From an uncultured Aminicenantes bacterium (GTDB lineage: Bacteria; Acidobacteriota; Aminicenantia; UBA2199), in NCBI GenBank assembly GCA_965195285.1, contig CBDAFS010000015.1, forward strand, positions 64,001 through 128,000: a stretch of 64,000 nt of DNA, given 5' to 3'. The number at the start of each line of letters is the position of its first letter. Positions within the stretch are counted from its first letter, which is position 1. The notes beneath the pieces are model-generated. The model made no database searches, was not told where the DNA came from, and worked only from the letters and a program-made list of their open reading frames with translations. The position numbers and the translations under genes were made by a program. Below are positions 9,070 through 18,101 of the stretch, in pieces.

Positions 9070-10317
9070 ATGGCCTACGGTAAAATCGAACAAGACCTTT
9101 TCAAAGAGGAACTGAATTCCATAAAGAAAGCGGGAATTTTTAAAGAGGAACGCATCATTCATACACCCCAGAATTCAAAAATCGGAGTGGTTTTTCCCCA
9201 TGGCTCAGCGCAAAAAGAATTAATCAACATGTGTTCCAACAATTATCTGGGCTTGTCATCTCATCCGGACGTGGTTCAGGCTGCCCATAGGGGATTGGAT
9301 AGCAGAGGGTATGGTTTGTCTTCGGTCAGGTTTATCTGCGGAACCCAGGACATTCACAAGCAACTGGAGGACAAATTGACCCGATTTCTGGGAACCGAAG
9401 ACACCATTCTGTTTCCTTCCTGTCTGGATGCCAATGCCGGTGTATTTGAGGCCCTGCTCAGTGAAGAGGATGTAATGATTGCGGACCGTCTGGTTCATGC
9501 ATCAATTGTGGATGGAATGCGTCTGGCCAGGGCCCAGACCGATACCTTCAAACATTCTGACATGAATCATCTGGAAAAGAAGCTTCGGCTTCATCGGGAT
9601 AAACGCCTGAAAGTTATTATTACGGATGGTGCTTTTTCAATGGATGGTGACCTGGCAAAGCTGGACCAGATTTCCCGGCTGGCCGATGTCTACCAGGCCC
9701 TGGTTTTCGTAGATGATTCCCATGCCACCGGTTTTATCGGGAAGAATGGCCGGGGAACTCATGAGTATTTTAAGGTGGTGGAGAAAATTGATATCATTAC
9801 CACCACTCTGGGGAAAGCCCTGGGAGGAGCTTCGGGTGGATGTGTTTCCGGGCGCAGAGAGATTGTGGAAATCTGTCGGCAGAAAGCCAGGCCTTACCTG
9901 TTTTCCAATACCATTGCTCCGGTCATTGTCTATGCAGCCAACCAGGTGATGGATATGATATCAAAAACTTCCGAAGCCAAAGACAGGCTGCAAAAGAATA
10001 CCGACTTCTGGAGAAAGGGATTGCAGGAGGCCGGATTTATCATAAAAGAGGGTCAAACACCGATTGTTCCGGTAATGCTATTCAATGCCAGTTTATCCCA
10101 GGATTTTGCCTCTGAATTATATAACCAGGGGATTTATGCCATTGGATTCTTTTTCCCGGTGGTGCCCAGAGGTCAGGCCAGAATCCGAACCCAATTGTCA
10201 GCATCCCACCAGATGACCGATCTGGAAAAAGCACTGGATGCCTTTGTCAAAATCGGTAAAAAGTTTGATATTTTATTTAAATCCAAACAGGAAGTTATTG
10301 AGATGTACGGAAACTGA
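9070..10317 (+). CDS. kbl: PLP-dependent alpha-oxoamine synthase, glycine C-acetyltransferase (Kbl)-like paralog 1
   Basis: NNYLGL, SVRFICGTQ, FSMDG, DDSH, TLGKALGG and ARIR. Has variant DRLVHAS. Confidence 0.8.
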   Translation: MAYGKIEQDLFKEELNSIKKAGIFKEERIIHTPQNSKIGVVFPHGSAQKELINMCSNNYLGLSSHPDVVQAAHRGLDSRGYGLSSVRFICGTQDIHKQLEDKLTRFLGTEDTILFPSCLDANAGVFEALLSEEDVMIADRLVHASIVDGMRLARAQTDTFKHSDMNHLEKKLRLHRDKRLKVIITDGAFSMDGDLAKLDQISRLADVYQALVFVDDSHATGFIGKNGRGTHEYFKVVEKIDIITTTLGKALGGASGGCVSGRREIVEICRQKARPYLFSNTIAPVIVYAANQVMDMISKTSEAKDRLQKNTDFWRKGLQEAGFIIKEGQTPIVPVMLFNASLSQDFASELYNQGIYAIGFFFPVVPRGQARIRTQLSASHQMTDLEKALDAFVKIGKKFDILFKSKQEVIEMYGN

Positions 10318-10334
10318 TCAATCATGGAGGCGTC

Positions 10335-11579
10335 ATGTATGAAAAAATCGGGAAAGAATTAAGTGAAGAACTCAAGCAAATAAAGCAGGCCGGGCTCTTC
10401 AAAGAGGAGCGAATTATACTGACCGACCAGAAAGCCAATATTCAGGTATCCTACCCGGCCGGTTCCGAGGCTAAATCGGTGCTCAATTTTTGTGCCAACA
10501 ATTATCTGGGGCTTGCCAATCACCCGGAACTGGTTCAGGCAGCCAGGCAGGCCCTGGATAAATATGGCCTGGGTTTGGCTTCGGTTCGTTTTATCTGCGG
10601 TACCCAGAATATTCACACCCAGCTGGAAAAGATCATTTCCGATTTCTATCAGACCGATAACACCATTCTATATACTTCCTGTTATGATGCCAATGGCGGT
10701 CTTTTTGAAGGGATTTTAAGACCGGAAGATGCCATCGTGACCGATGAGTTAAACCATGCCAGTATTATTGATGGCATACGTTTGTGTAAAGCCAAAAGGT
10801 TTATTTTCAAACATGGAGATATGAATTCTCTGGAGGAAAGTTTACAGAATGCCCGTGAAGGCGAAAGGGATGAAAGTGTTTCTGTTTCCAGAAGAATTCT
10901 GGTTGCTACTGACGGTGTATTTTCCATGGATGGAAACATTGCCAATTTGAGAGGTATTGTGGACCTGGCTAAAAAATATCAGGCCCTGGTGATGGTAGAT
11001 GATTCTCATGCCACCGGTTTTCTGGGTAAAACCGGCCGCGGATCTCTTGAGTACTGCAATGTACTGGGAGAAATTGATATTGTTACTTCCACACTGGGAA
11101 AGGCAATGGGCGGGGCTTCCGGTGGCTTCACCACCGGCAGACAGGAAATTGTCGATATGTTGCGACAGCGCTCCAGGCCCTATTTATTTTCCAACACCCT
11201 GGCACCGGCTCTGGTGTCGGCAGCGATCCGGGCATTTCAACTACTGGATAAAAGCGATGATCTCAGGCAAAAGCTGATGGAGAATACCCGATTCTTCCGG
11301 CAGAAAATGATTGACCTGGGTTTTGACATTATCCAGGGGAGTCACCCGATTGTCCCGGTCATGTTCAGGAAATTTGATGATGATGCCTTGCTGGCCCAAC
11401 AGGTTTCTAAAGATCTTTATGAAATGGGAATCTATGTGATCGGCTTTTTCTATCCCGTGGTACCCAGAGGTCAGGCCAGGATACGGGTACAGGTATCAGC
11501 CGCCCATACCCGGGAACAACTCCAAAAGGCGATAGATGCCTTCAAAACGGTTGGTAAAAAACATGGGGTTATCCAGTAA
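10335..11579 (+). CDS. kbl: Glycine C-acetyltransferase (2-amino-3-ketobutyrate CoA ligase), paralog 2
   Basis: FCANNYLGL, SVRFICGTQ, DELNHASIIDG, TLGKAMGG and RSRPYLFSN. Confidence 0.9.
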   Translation: MYEKIGKELSEELKQIKQAGLFKEERIILTDQKANIQVSYPAGSEAKSVLNFCANNYLGLANHPELVQAARQALDKYGLGLASVRFICGTQNIHTQLEKIISDFYQTDNTILYTSCYDANGGLFEGILRPEDAIVTDELNHASIIDGIRLCKAKRFIFKHGDMNSLEESLQNAREGERDESVSVSRRILVATDGVFSMDGNIANLRGIVDLAKKYQALVMVDDSHATGFLGKTGRGSLEYCNVLGEIDIVTSTLGKAMGGASGGFTTGRQEIVDMLRQRSRPYLFSNTLAPALVSAAIRAFQLLDKSDDLRQKLMENTRFFRQKMIDLGFDIIQGSHPIVPVMFRKFDDDALLAQQVSKDLYEMGIYVIGFFYPVVPRGQARIRVQVSAAHTREQLQKAIDAFKTVGKKHGVIQ

Positions 11580-11608
11580 TCCGCCTGTTCAACGGTTTTG
11601 GCAAGGGG

Positions 11609-13069
11609 TTAGAGTCGACATGTCGGTTTTGATTTGAAAATAGCCTGATATTGTTTTTCAAAATCACTCTTTCCACACAATAAAAGACTGGCAAGCGGCA
11701 TAATATTTTTAACCTGATCCAACAATGTATGGGCCAGTGATTTAATATCCCATTGGGCGTGTTGGTCATCTCTCAAGCGAATAAAATGATACAATTCCCG
11801 AAGGTTCATTTTCATGATTACCATCCGCCGGTGGGAGTTGGTCAGGATATAATCAGCGGCTTCTCCATAGCGTTCCCTCAACCTCTTGTAAACGAAGTTG
11901 GTAGTCTCTATGATATGCATAAATTCTTTTTCAAGGTGATTCAGGCAGATACTTTCCGGAACGGTATTTCCGAGTTGGATGTCATAATCCCCGCTTATTA
12001 AGGTAGCCATTCGGTGTCTTTTAAGCTGGGCAAAGTTGGATGCACTGATAAAGGCCTGGAAGGTTATTGAAGGGAGTTCGAATTCCCGGGGAGGGGTATC
12101 AAAGAATTCCATTTTTTTGAAAAGGTTTTTGAAAATATCCTTTTTTTGATCCGATGATAATTTTTTTATCGTCTCAAGGGTTTTCGGGTAATCAGTTGAA
12201 TGGTGCAGACTTAAAAAGGCAGCCAGAATTATATCATCGCCTCGGGGTGTGAATTGGATGATTTTGGGCTCTGAAAAAGCTGACGAAGGTGTGGAGAGTG
12301 TTTTCCACTGATTTTTCAAGGTCTGCTTCAAGGCACAATCATAATCCGATGGTTCCGGGAAGAGAATAATCGAAGGGGCGACATTTTTTATCAGATTAAA
12401 GATTTTTTCTCCCATATTCCTGACTTCCTGACTCAGGCTCAAAGAAAATCTTCTCAGCAGATGTTCAATATTCCGGGCGTTAATGGTCATTCCCATCTGT
12501 CCCTGAGTGGCCAGGGAAAGGATATATCTGGCATCCTCTTTGGCCCAGTTTTCCAGAAGGCGTTTTTTGCCCTTCTTTTCGATCAGTCGGGGGTATTTTG
12601 AAACAAGATATTTCTTTAAAACCAGATATGCTTTTTGGTAAAATTGGTTCTGAACATTGATGGTATCTTTAAATTGAGATATCGATTCCCTATCCTTGAT
12701 TTCCGATGGAAGGACATAATCTCCCTTGAGGGTGACATAACGCTGAGATTTTTCGGTATAAGATGCCAGACGGAATTTTTCGATTTCCTCCAGTGCAAGT
12801 CGTGATATTCCGATAACATCGAAATTAAATACGGCATGTTCAGCCACTGAATGATGTCCCATTTCAAAAATGATGATTCGATTGGATTTTCGGGCTTTTT
12901 CCACATCTTCCCGTGCTTTTTTGCGCAGGGTGGTGATATCATCTGAACTGCGACTGATACGGGCATAGGCAGCGCTGAAGGTTTCAGGAGTTAAAATTTC
13001 ATTTTTGCCTGTTTTCAAATGTTCCAGGATCTCTGTATCCACATTGTAACCGGCTAATTCAATTTTCAA
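11609..13069 (-). CDS. thyX: FAD-dependent thymidylate synthase with two tandem ThyX domains
   Basis: Domain 1: GHHSVAEH, SYTEKSQRY, EDARY. Domain 2: QLKRHR, MNLRELYHFIRLR, HAQWDI. RBS GGAGGA. Confidence 0.85.
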   Translation of the reverse strand: MKIELAGYNVDTEILEHLKTGKNEILTPETFSAAYARISRSSDDITTLRKKAREDVEKARKSNRIIIFEMGHHSVAEHAVFNFDVIGISRLALEEIEKFRLASYTEKSQRYVTLKGDYVLPSEIKDRESISQFKDTINVQNQFYQKAYLVLKKYLVSKYPRLIEKKGKKRLLENWAKEDARYILSLATQGQMGMTINARNIEHLLRRFSLSLSQEVRNMGEKIFNLIKNVAPSIILFPEPSDYDCALKQTLKNQWKTLSTPSSAFSEPKIIQFTPRGDDIILAAFLSLHHSTDYPKTLETIKKLSSDQKKDIFKNLFKKMEFFDTPPREFELPSITFQAFISASNFAQLKRHRMATLISGDYDIQLGNTVPESICLNHLEKEFMHIIETTNFVYKRLRERYGEAADYILTNSHRRMVIMKMNLRELYHFIRLRDDQHAQWDIKSLAHTLLDQVKNIMPLASLLLCGKSDFEKQYQAIFKSKPTCRL

Positions 13070-13134
13070 TATTCCTCCATCTTGTCAATACTTTATTCAA
13101 ATCCCAGGGGAATTTCTTTTGAAGGCCCGGTTAT

Positions 13135-13719
13135 TCAAGATTGTTGAAATTCAGAGATATGTTTGATAATATCGTGGGCACTTTCGTCCACAGAATTATT
13201 ATTCCAGATTTCGATCACCTTCAGGTTGTCATCCTTTATGGTCTGCAGGTAAAAAGATTCCGTTTCCTTGAAATAGTCCAGACTGGGTAGTTCTAATTTT
13301 TTGGTATCTTTCCTGTTTTCCAGAATTTTGGGGTCTACCCTGATAAAAAAAATAATGTCGTAGGTCCTGATCCAGAAATGATAAAGGTTTTTCAGCAGGT
13401 TGTTTTTTTCCTCGGAATGGTTATTGGTCTCAACATCGGAAATGTATTTTTTATAGCGAATCCATTGATCCAGTATAGAAGTGTCACATAATAACAAATC
13501 CGGTGATGTCAATGCCTTCAGGTTCTCTTCATTTATCTGGTTTGTCAATGAATAAAACTGGCCGACAAAGTTCAATTTATTGTCGGTATCAAAGGGGTTT
13601 TTCTGGGATAGGTATTCAATGGATTCCACTTCCTCCTTCAATGAAAGAATTTTTTTGCCTTCATTCAGAATGGAAGTTTTGCCAGTACCCGTACAACCTG
13701 AAAATGAAATTTTTATCAT
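13135..13719 (-). CDS. P-loop nucleoside/nucleotide kinase-like protein (AAA_28/dNK/TMPK fold)
   Basis: ISFSGCTGTGKTS, LLLCD.S.LD and YDIIFFIR. Confidence 0.65.
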   Translation of the reverse strand: MIKISFSGCTGTGKTSILNEGKKILSLKEEVESIEYLSQKNPFDTDNKLNFVGQFYSLTNQINEENLKALTSPDLLLCDTSILDQWIRYKKYISDVETNNHSEEKNNLLKNLYHFWIRTYDIIFFIRVDPKILENRKDTKKLELPSLDYFKETESFYLQTIKDDNLKVIEIWNNNSVDESAHDIIKHISEFQQS

Positions 13720-13804
13720 AGGGCAATTTTAATCTGAAAAAGAATAAAAGTCAAATTCCAACATTGATTAAATATACCAATTTATGATACATTCTTACCT
13801 TGTG

Positions 13805-15985
13805 ATGAAAGTAAAAGCCAGAGTGATGATTGTTGTTTTTCTACTCAGTATCTCTTTCTACTGTTTTGGAGAAAAAATTGTTATCCAGGCTCAAAAAAAA
13901 GAATTTATTGATGATATATTCAAGGCTGAGGGTGATGTTGAGGTGATCTGGGGAGATTATCACATTTTTGCCCAGTATGTGGAGTATAATAAAAAAACCG
14001 GTATTGTGATAGCCCGGGGACGCGTGACCATGTCCTCCAAAGACAGTATTATAAGCGGGGAGGAAATGACCTTTAATACCAAAGATAAAACCGGAGAGAT
14101 CATTGATGCTTACGGAATGATGAAGCCCACCATCCGTTATGAAACCGATCATTTAAAACAAATTGATGATGATACCCTGACCTTTGATAAAATGGACTTC
14201 ACCTCCTGTTCCCAGTTAAAACCCAGATGGAAGATTACCTGTAAAGAGGGAAAAATAAAAAAGGAAAAATATGTGGAGATGAAGCATGCGGTTTTCTGGA
14301 TTAAAAAGATTCCTTTTTTTTATATTCCATATATCAAATATCCGGTGGATAAAGACGGCCGGGCTACCGGTTTCTTATTTCCAAACTTCGGTTATTCAGA
14401 TCTCAGGGGGTATTATATTTTGAATGCTTTTTTCTGGGAACTTAATTCCAATTTGGATTTGACCATCGGTCTGGATTATTATTCACAGGTTGGCTTGGGT
14501 AGCCATGAAGAACTGCGTTATCTTTATCGGAATATGAGTGGTTTTGTCAAGTTTTACTATTTCAATTATTCGGAAGACAGTGTGTTTCAAACCGACTCCG
14601 AATACGATTACTATATAAAGGCGGAACATTTACAGAATATTAATTTTTTAAATACCAAAGTTATTTTCAAGGTCAATTACCCTAGCGACCCCAATTTTCT
14701 AAGGCAATTTAACAATAACTTTGACACGATTCTCAGTACCAATTTCAATTCGTCATTTGCCCTGACATCATCTTTTTCGATTTTTAATTTTTCAATTTCC
14801 GCCTCTCGGTATGAAACATATATTCTTCAGGAGGAGGTCAATGATTTGGGCGAGGTGGAGCTGGTGGGTTCTTCCAAGTATAACTTAACGCTTCCATCCA
14901 TTTCCCTGAATGTCAAGCAAAAGAAAATCGGAAAGCTTCCCGGTTATTTTTCTCTGAACTCAACCTATGAAAGTACAGAAAGAGGCGGTCTGGTACTGGA
15001 AGGAGAGCCGGAATTTGATTCTGATGAACGTTCGAACCGGTTCATTGTTATTCCTCAATACACCTTGAGTTTGGTTAAACTTCCCTGGTTAAACGCAAGT
15101 GTAACACTGGATTCCCACAACAGTTTTTACGGAAGGAGTAAAGATCCTGAAACCGAGGAAGTGGTTGATGTGCCCTTGCGTATCAGTTATCAGGAAGCCA
15201 AATTTGTGCTGAAGGGTCCCATTTTTTATAAAATTTTCGATTCAAAAAAGAAGAAAACCAAGCATCTGATTGAACCCCAGGTGACCTTTCGTTATGCTAC
15301 TTCTATTCCTGAGGAAGACCGGGAAAGAATGTTGATGGTTGATCTCAAGGACTACCCATCTTACTCTTATGTTGGGTTCAGTTTGACCAGCCGGTTGATT
15401 ACCAAAGACAGAGCCGGGAATGAATCTCCTAGAGAAATTTTGAGCTTTAGTCTGAGCCAGGAATATTATCTGGACCCGGAAGAAGCCAACCATAACAAGA
15501 CGATCAACGATACCTATCCGGAATTTTCCGATTTGAGGGCAAGCTTGAGGTTCAAACCCTTTAAGAATTTCTCTCTGAATGTCAACGTGTCTTATAATTA
15601 TTTTATCGAAGATTTTACCAGGATCAATGCCAAAATCGCTTATGATAATGAGAATAGTGTGGTCAACGGATATTTTTCTTATTCCAAGACCCGAAATGCC
15701 TATACAGCTGCTGATTATTTTTTCAACCGAGAGATCATTCGCGCCCTTGTTAATTTGAATTTAAAGGGGTTTCCCTTGAAGCTTTCATCGGATATCAACT
15801 ATGATATCACGGAAAAGGAATTCCGTTCAGCCTCAATCAAGGCAATTCTGGATTATCAGTGTGTGATCATCAATGCAGAATTCAAGATTTTTTCATATTG
15901 GGGTCGGGAAGAGACTCAGTTTAATATCGGGGTGAGTTTCGGAAACCTGGGAATGGTATCCAATTTTTTTGGTGAGGGTGAGTAA
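13805..15985 (+). CDS. lptD: LPS-assembly protein LptD
   Basis: Signal peptide, OstA-like N-domain (AEGDV, FTSC..P.W), RATGFLFP and KHLIEP. Aromatic-rich barrel ending YQC...F. Confidence 0.8.
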   Translation: MKVKARVMIVVFLLSISFYCFGEKIVIQAQKKEFIDDIFKAEGDVEVIWGDYHIFAQYVEYNKKTGIVIARGRVTMSSKDSIISGEEMTFNTKDKTGEIIDAYGMMKPTIRYETDHLKQIDDDTLTFDKMDFTSCSQLKPRWKITCKEGKIKKEKYVEMKHAVFWIKKIPFFYIPYIKYPVDKDGRATGFLFPNFGYSDLRGYYILNAFFWELNSNLDLTIGLDYYSQVGLGSHEELRYLYRNMSGFVKFYYFNYSEDSVFQTDSEYDYYIKAEHLQNINFLNTKVIFKVNYPSDPNFLRQFNNNFDTILSTNFNSSFALTSSFSIFNFSISASRYETYILQEEVNDLGEVELVGSSKYNLTLPSISLNVKQKKIGKLPGYFSLNSTYESTERGGLVLEGEPEFDSDERSNRFIVIPQYTLSLVKLPWLNASVTLDSHNSFYGRSKDPETEEVVDVPLRISYQEAKFVLKGPIFYKIFDSKKKKTKHLIEPQVTFRYATSIPEEDRERMLMVDLKDYPSYSYVGFSLTSRLITKDRAGNESPREILSFSLSQEYYLDPEEANHNKTINDTYPEFSDLRASLRFKPFKNFSLNVNVSYNYFIEDFTRINAKIAYDNENSVVNGYFSYSKTRNAYTAADYFFNREIIRALVNLNLKGFPLKLSSDINYDITEKEFRSASIKAILDYQCVIINAEFKIFSYWGREETQFNIGVSFGNLGMVSNFFGEGE

Positions 15986-15987
15986 CC

Positions 15988-16923
15988 ATGCACCGCATTC
16001 TGGTTACTGGCTGTTCCGGATTCTTGTCCCGTTATTTAATCGATCTGCTGAAAGACAAAAAAGGATATGAGATCCATGGCCTCACTGAGGTAGAAGATTT
16101 CAAATCAAGTCAGTGCCGGGTATATCATTTAGACTTAAGGGACCCGGATAAAATGAGCCGGGTCATTAAGTCGGTCAAGCCAGAAATTGTCTATCATCTG
16201 GCAGCGGTTTCCAATGTAGGATACAGCTGGAAAAACCAGCGATTGACCTATGAAGTAAATTTTATCGGCAGTTCGAATATGCTTGAGAATCTGTGGCAGC
16301 ATTGTCCTGAATCCAGGATTATTCTCATGAGTTCAGCGGAACTCTACGGTGGAGGCGGTAAAAAGCCGATAAAAGAAAACCTGCCAACTGATATTCGGAA
16401 CCCCTATGCGCTTTCCAAGCTGGCCATGGAAATGGTCGGAGATATGTATTTCAACTCATTGGGTATGGATATCATCAAGGTGAGATCCTTTAATTTTACC
16501 GGTCCCGGTCAGGACAAAAATTTTGTCTGTTCTGATTTTGCCTGTCAAATTGCGGAAATTGAAAGAAGCAGAAGAGATCCGGTTATCCGAGTGGGTAATC
16601 TGGCTGCAGTGAGAGATTTTTCGGATGTGAGGGATATTGCCGGTTATCTCATTGCTATTGGGGAACAGGGCGAGAGGGGGAGTTTATATCATGTTTGCTC
16701 GGGGACCGGTTATTCCATAGACTCAATGCTGGAAACTTTGCTCTCATTTTCAAAGATAAAAATTGAGGTAGAGGTTGACCGGTCAAAGTTCAGGCCGGTC
16801 GATATTCCGTTTCTGGTCGGAGATTGTAGTTTGATCAGAAAAAAGTTTAATTGTAATCCCCGATTTGATTTACGTCAGACCCTGCTGGATGTTTTAAATT
16901 ACTGGAGAAACCGAATCAGATGA
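15988..16923 (+). CDS. GDP-mannose dehydratase / GDP-6-deoxy-4-keto-mannose reductase (Rmd-like) extended SDR
   Basis: ILVTGCSGF, HLAAVS, YALSK, RSFNFTGPGQ and VRDFSDVRD. Confidence 0.8.
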   Translation: MHRILVTGCSGFLSRYLIDLLKDKKGYEIHGLTEVEDFKSSQCRVYHLDLRDPDKMSRVIKSVKPEIVYHLAAVSNVGYSWKNQRLTYEVNFIGSSNMLENLWQHCPESRIILMSSAELYGGGGKKPIKENLPTDIRNPYALSKLAMEMVGDMYFNSLGMDIIKVRSFNFTGPGQDKNFVCSDFACQIAEIERSRRDPVIRVGNLAAVRDFSDVRDIAGYLIAIGEQGERGSLYHVCSGTGYSIDSMLETLLSFSKIKIEVEVDRSKFRPVDIPFLVGDCSLIRKKFNCNPRFDLRQTLLDVLNYWRNRIR

Positions 16924-18053
16924 ACGTTCATATGATAACCGACAGATTTTCGATGGGCGGCGGTGCGGAGCATATATTTCAGGTGGTGAAGGGCATCAGA
17001 GAGATTGATTTCAGGATCTTCGCATATCCGGCCAGCTCCGGCCATCCGGCGGAATCCGAACGGGTAATGTCCAAGTTCAAGGCATTGAATAATGTGCTAT
17101 TGGATGATGAGGGGTATGTACCGGGATCTGTTTTACAAAACAAGCCGGACATCATTCATTTTCATCACCTGCTTCCACTGTTTCATTTTTATAAAAATCC
17201 GTTCAGGCAACATAAAGTACCGGTAATATTTACTGCCCATGGTTTGCATATTCACAAGTATGAATTCTCCAACCAACAGTGGCTCCAAAAAGCATCCAGC
17301 CGGATAAAATATATTTTGCGTTTCATACTGGAAAAATATTTACTCAAACAGGTTGACCGGATCATAGCGGTTTCAAGAGAGGATGAGCTATTTATACAAT
17401 CGGAATACCAACTGAATAATGTGACTTATCTCACCAATGGGATCGCCATTGATTGCCTGGGTATATCTGATAGTGTTTCCAGAACTGAGTTGAGAAAGTC
17501 ATTGAATTTACCGGTTGATTGTTTTTTGTTCATGACCGTGGCCCGGTTCAATTTTCAGAAGGCCTATGATTTTCTGATCAATACGATTGGCCCCATTGGA
17601 GGATTTTTAAAGGAAAACAAAGTTCGATTTATTCTGGTCGGGGGCGGAGCCGAATTCGATCGTATTCAGAAAATGGTGGTTGATCTTGGATTATCTTCAT
17701 TCGTTTCTTTCCTGGGTGAGAGAACCGATAGTCTTAAGTTGATCAAAGCCGGAGATATTTTTCTGTTGCCATCACGGTGGGAGGGACTTCCGATTGTGCT
17801 TTTGGAGTGCGGATTGTTGCAGGTGCCGGTGATTGCTTCCGATACTTATGGTAACCGAGAAATCATCGGGCAGGACAATGGAATTCTATTCAAGAATTTG
17901 GATGGTCCGGAATTGATTAAGGTGATAAAAAAAGCGGTAAATAGAGAGTACGACTGGGATCCGCTGATTAAAAACCTGAAACGGGAAGTACAACAGAACT
18001 ACAGCATTGAAAAAATGCTCGCCGGATTGAGAGCCATTTACAATTCTTTCTGA
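16920..18053 (+). CDS. Glycosyltransferase family 4
   Basis: GGAE, TAHG, VARF..QK and PSRWEGLPIVLLE. Confidence 0.9.
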   Translation: MNVHMITDRFSMGGGAEHIFQVVKGIREIDFRIFAYPASSGHPAESERVMSKFKALNNVLLDDEGYVPGSVLQNKPDIIHFHHLLPLFHFYKNPFRQHKVPVIFTAHGLHIHKYEFSNQQWLQKASSRIKYILRFILEKYLLKQVDRIIAVSREDELFIQSEYQLNNVTYLTNGIAIDCLGISDSVSRTELRKSLNLPVDCFLFMTVARFNFQKAYDFLINTIGPIGGFLKENKVRFILVGGGAEFDRIQKMVVDLGLSSFVSFLGERTDSLKLIKAGDIFLLPSRWEGLPIVLLECGLLQVPVIASDTYGNREIIGQDNGILFKNLDGPELIKVIKKAVNREYDWDPLIKNLKREVQQNYSIEKMLAGLRAIYNSF

Positions 18054-18101
18054 ATAAAATCCATTTCATCTCCTTCTTTTGCCGGATTGACGGTTTTTTC
18101 T

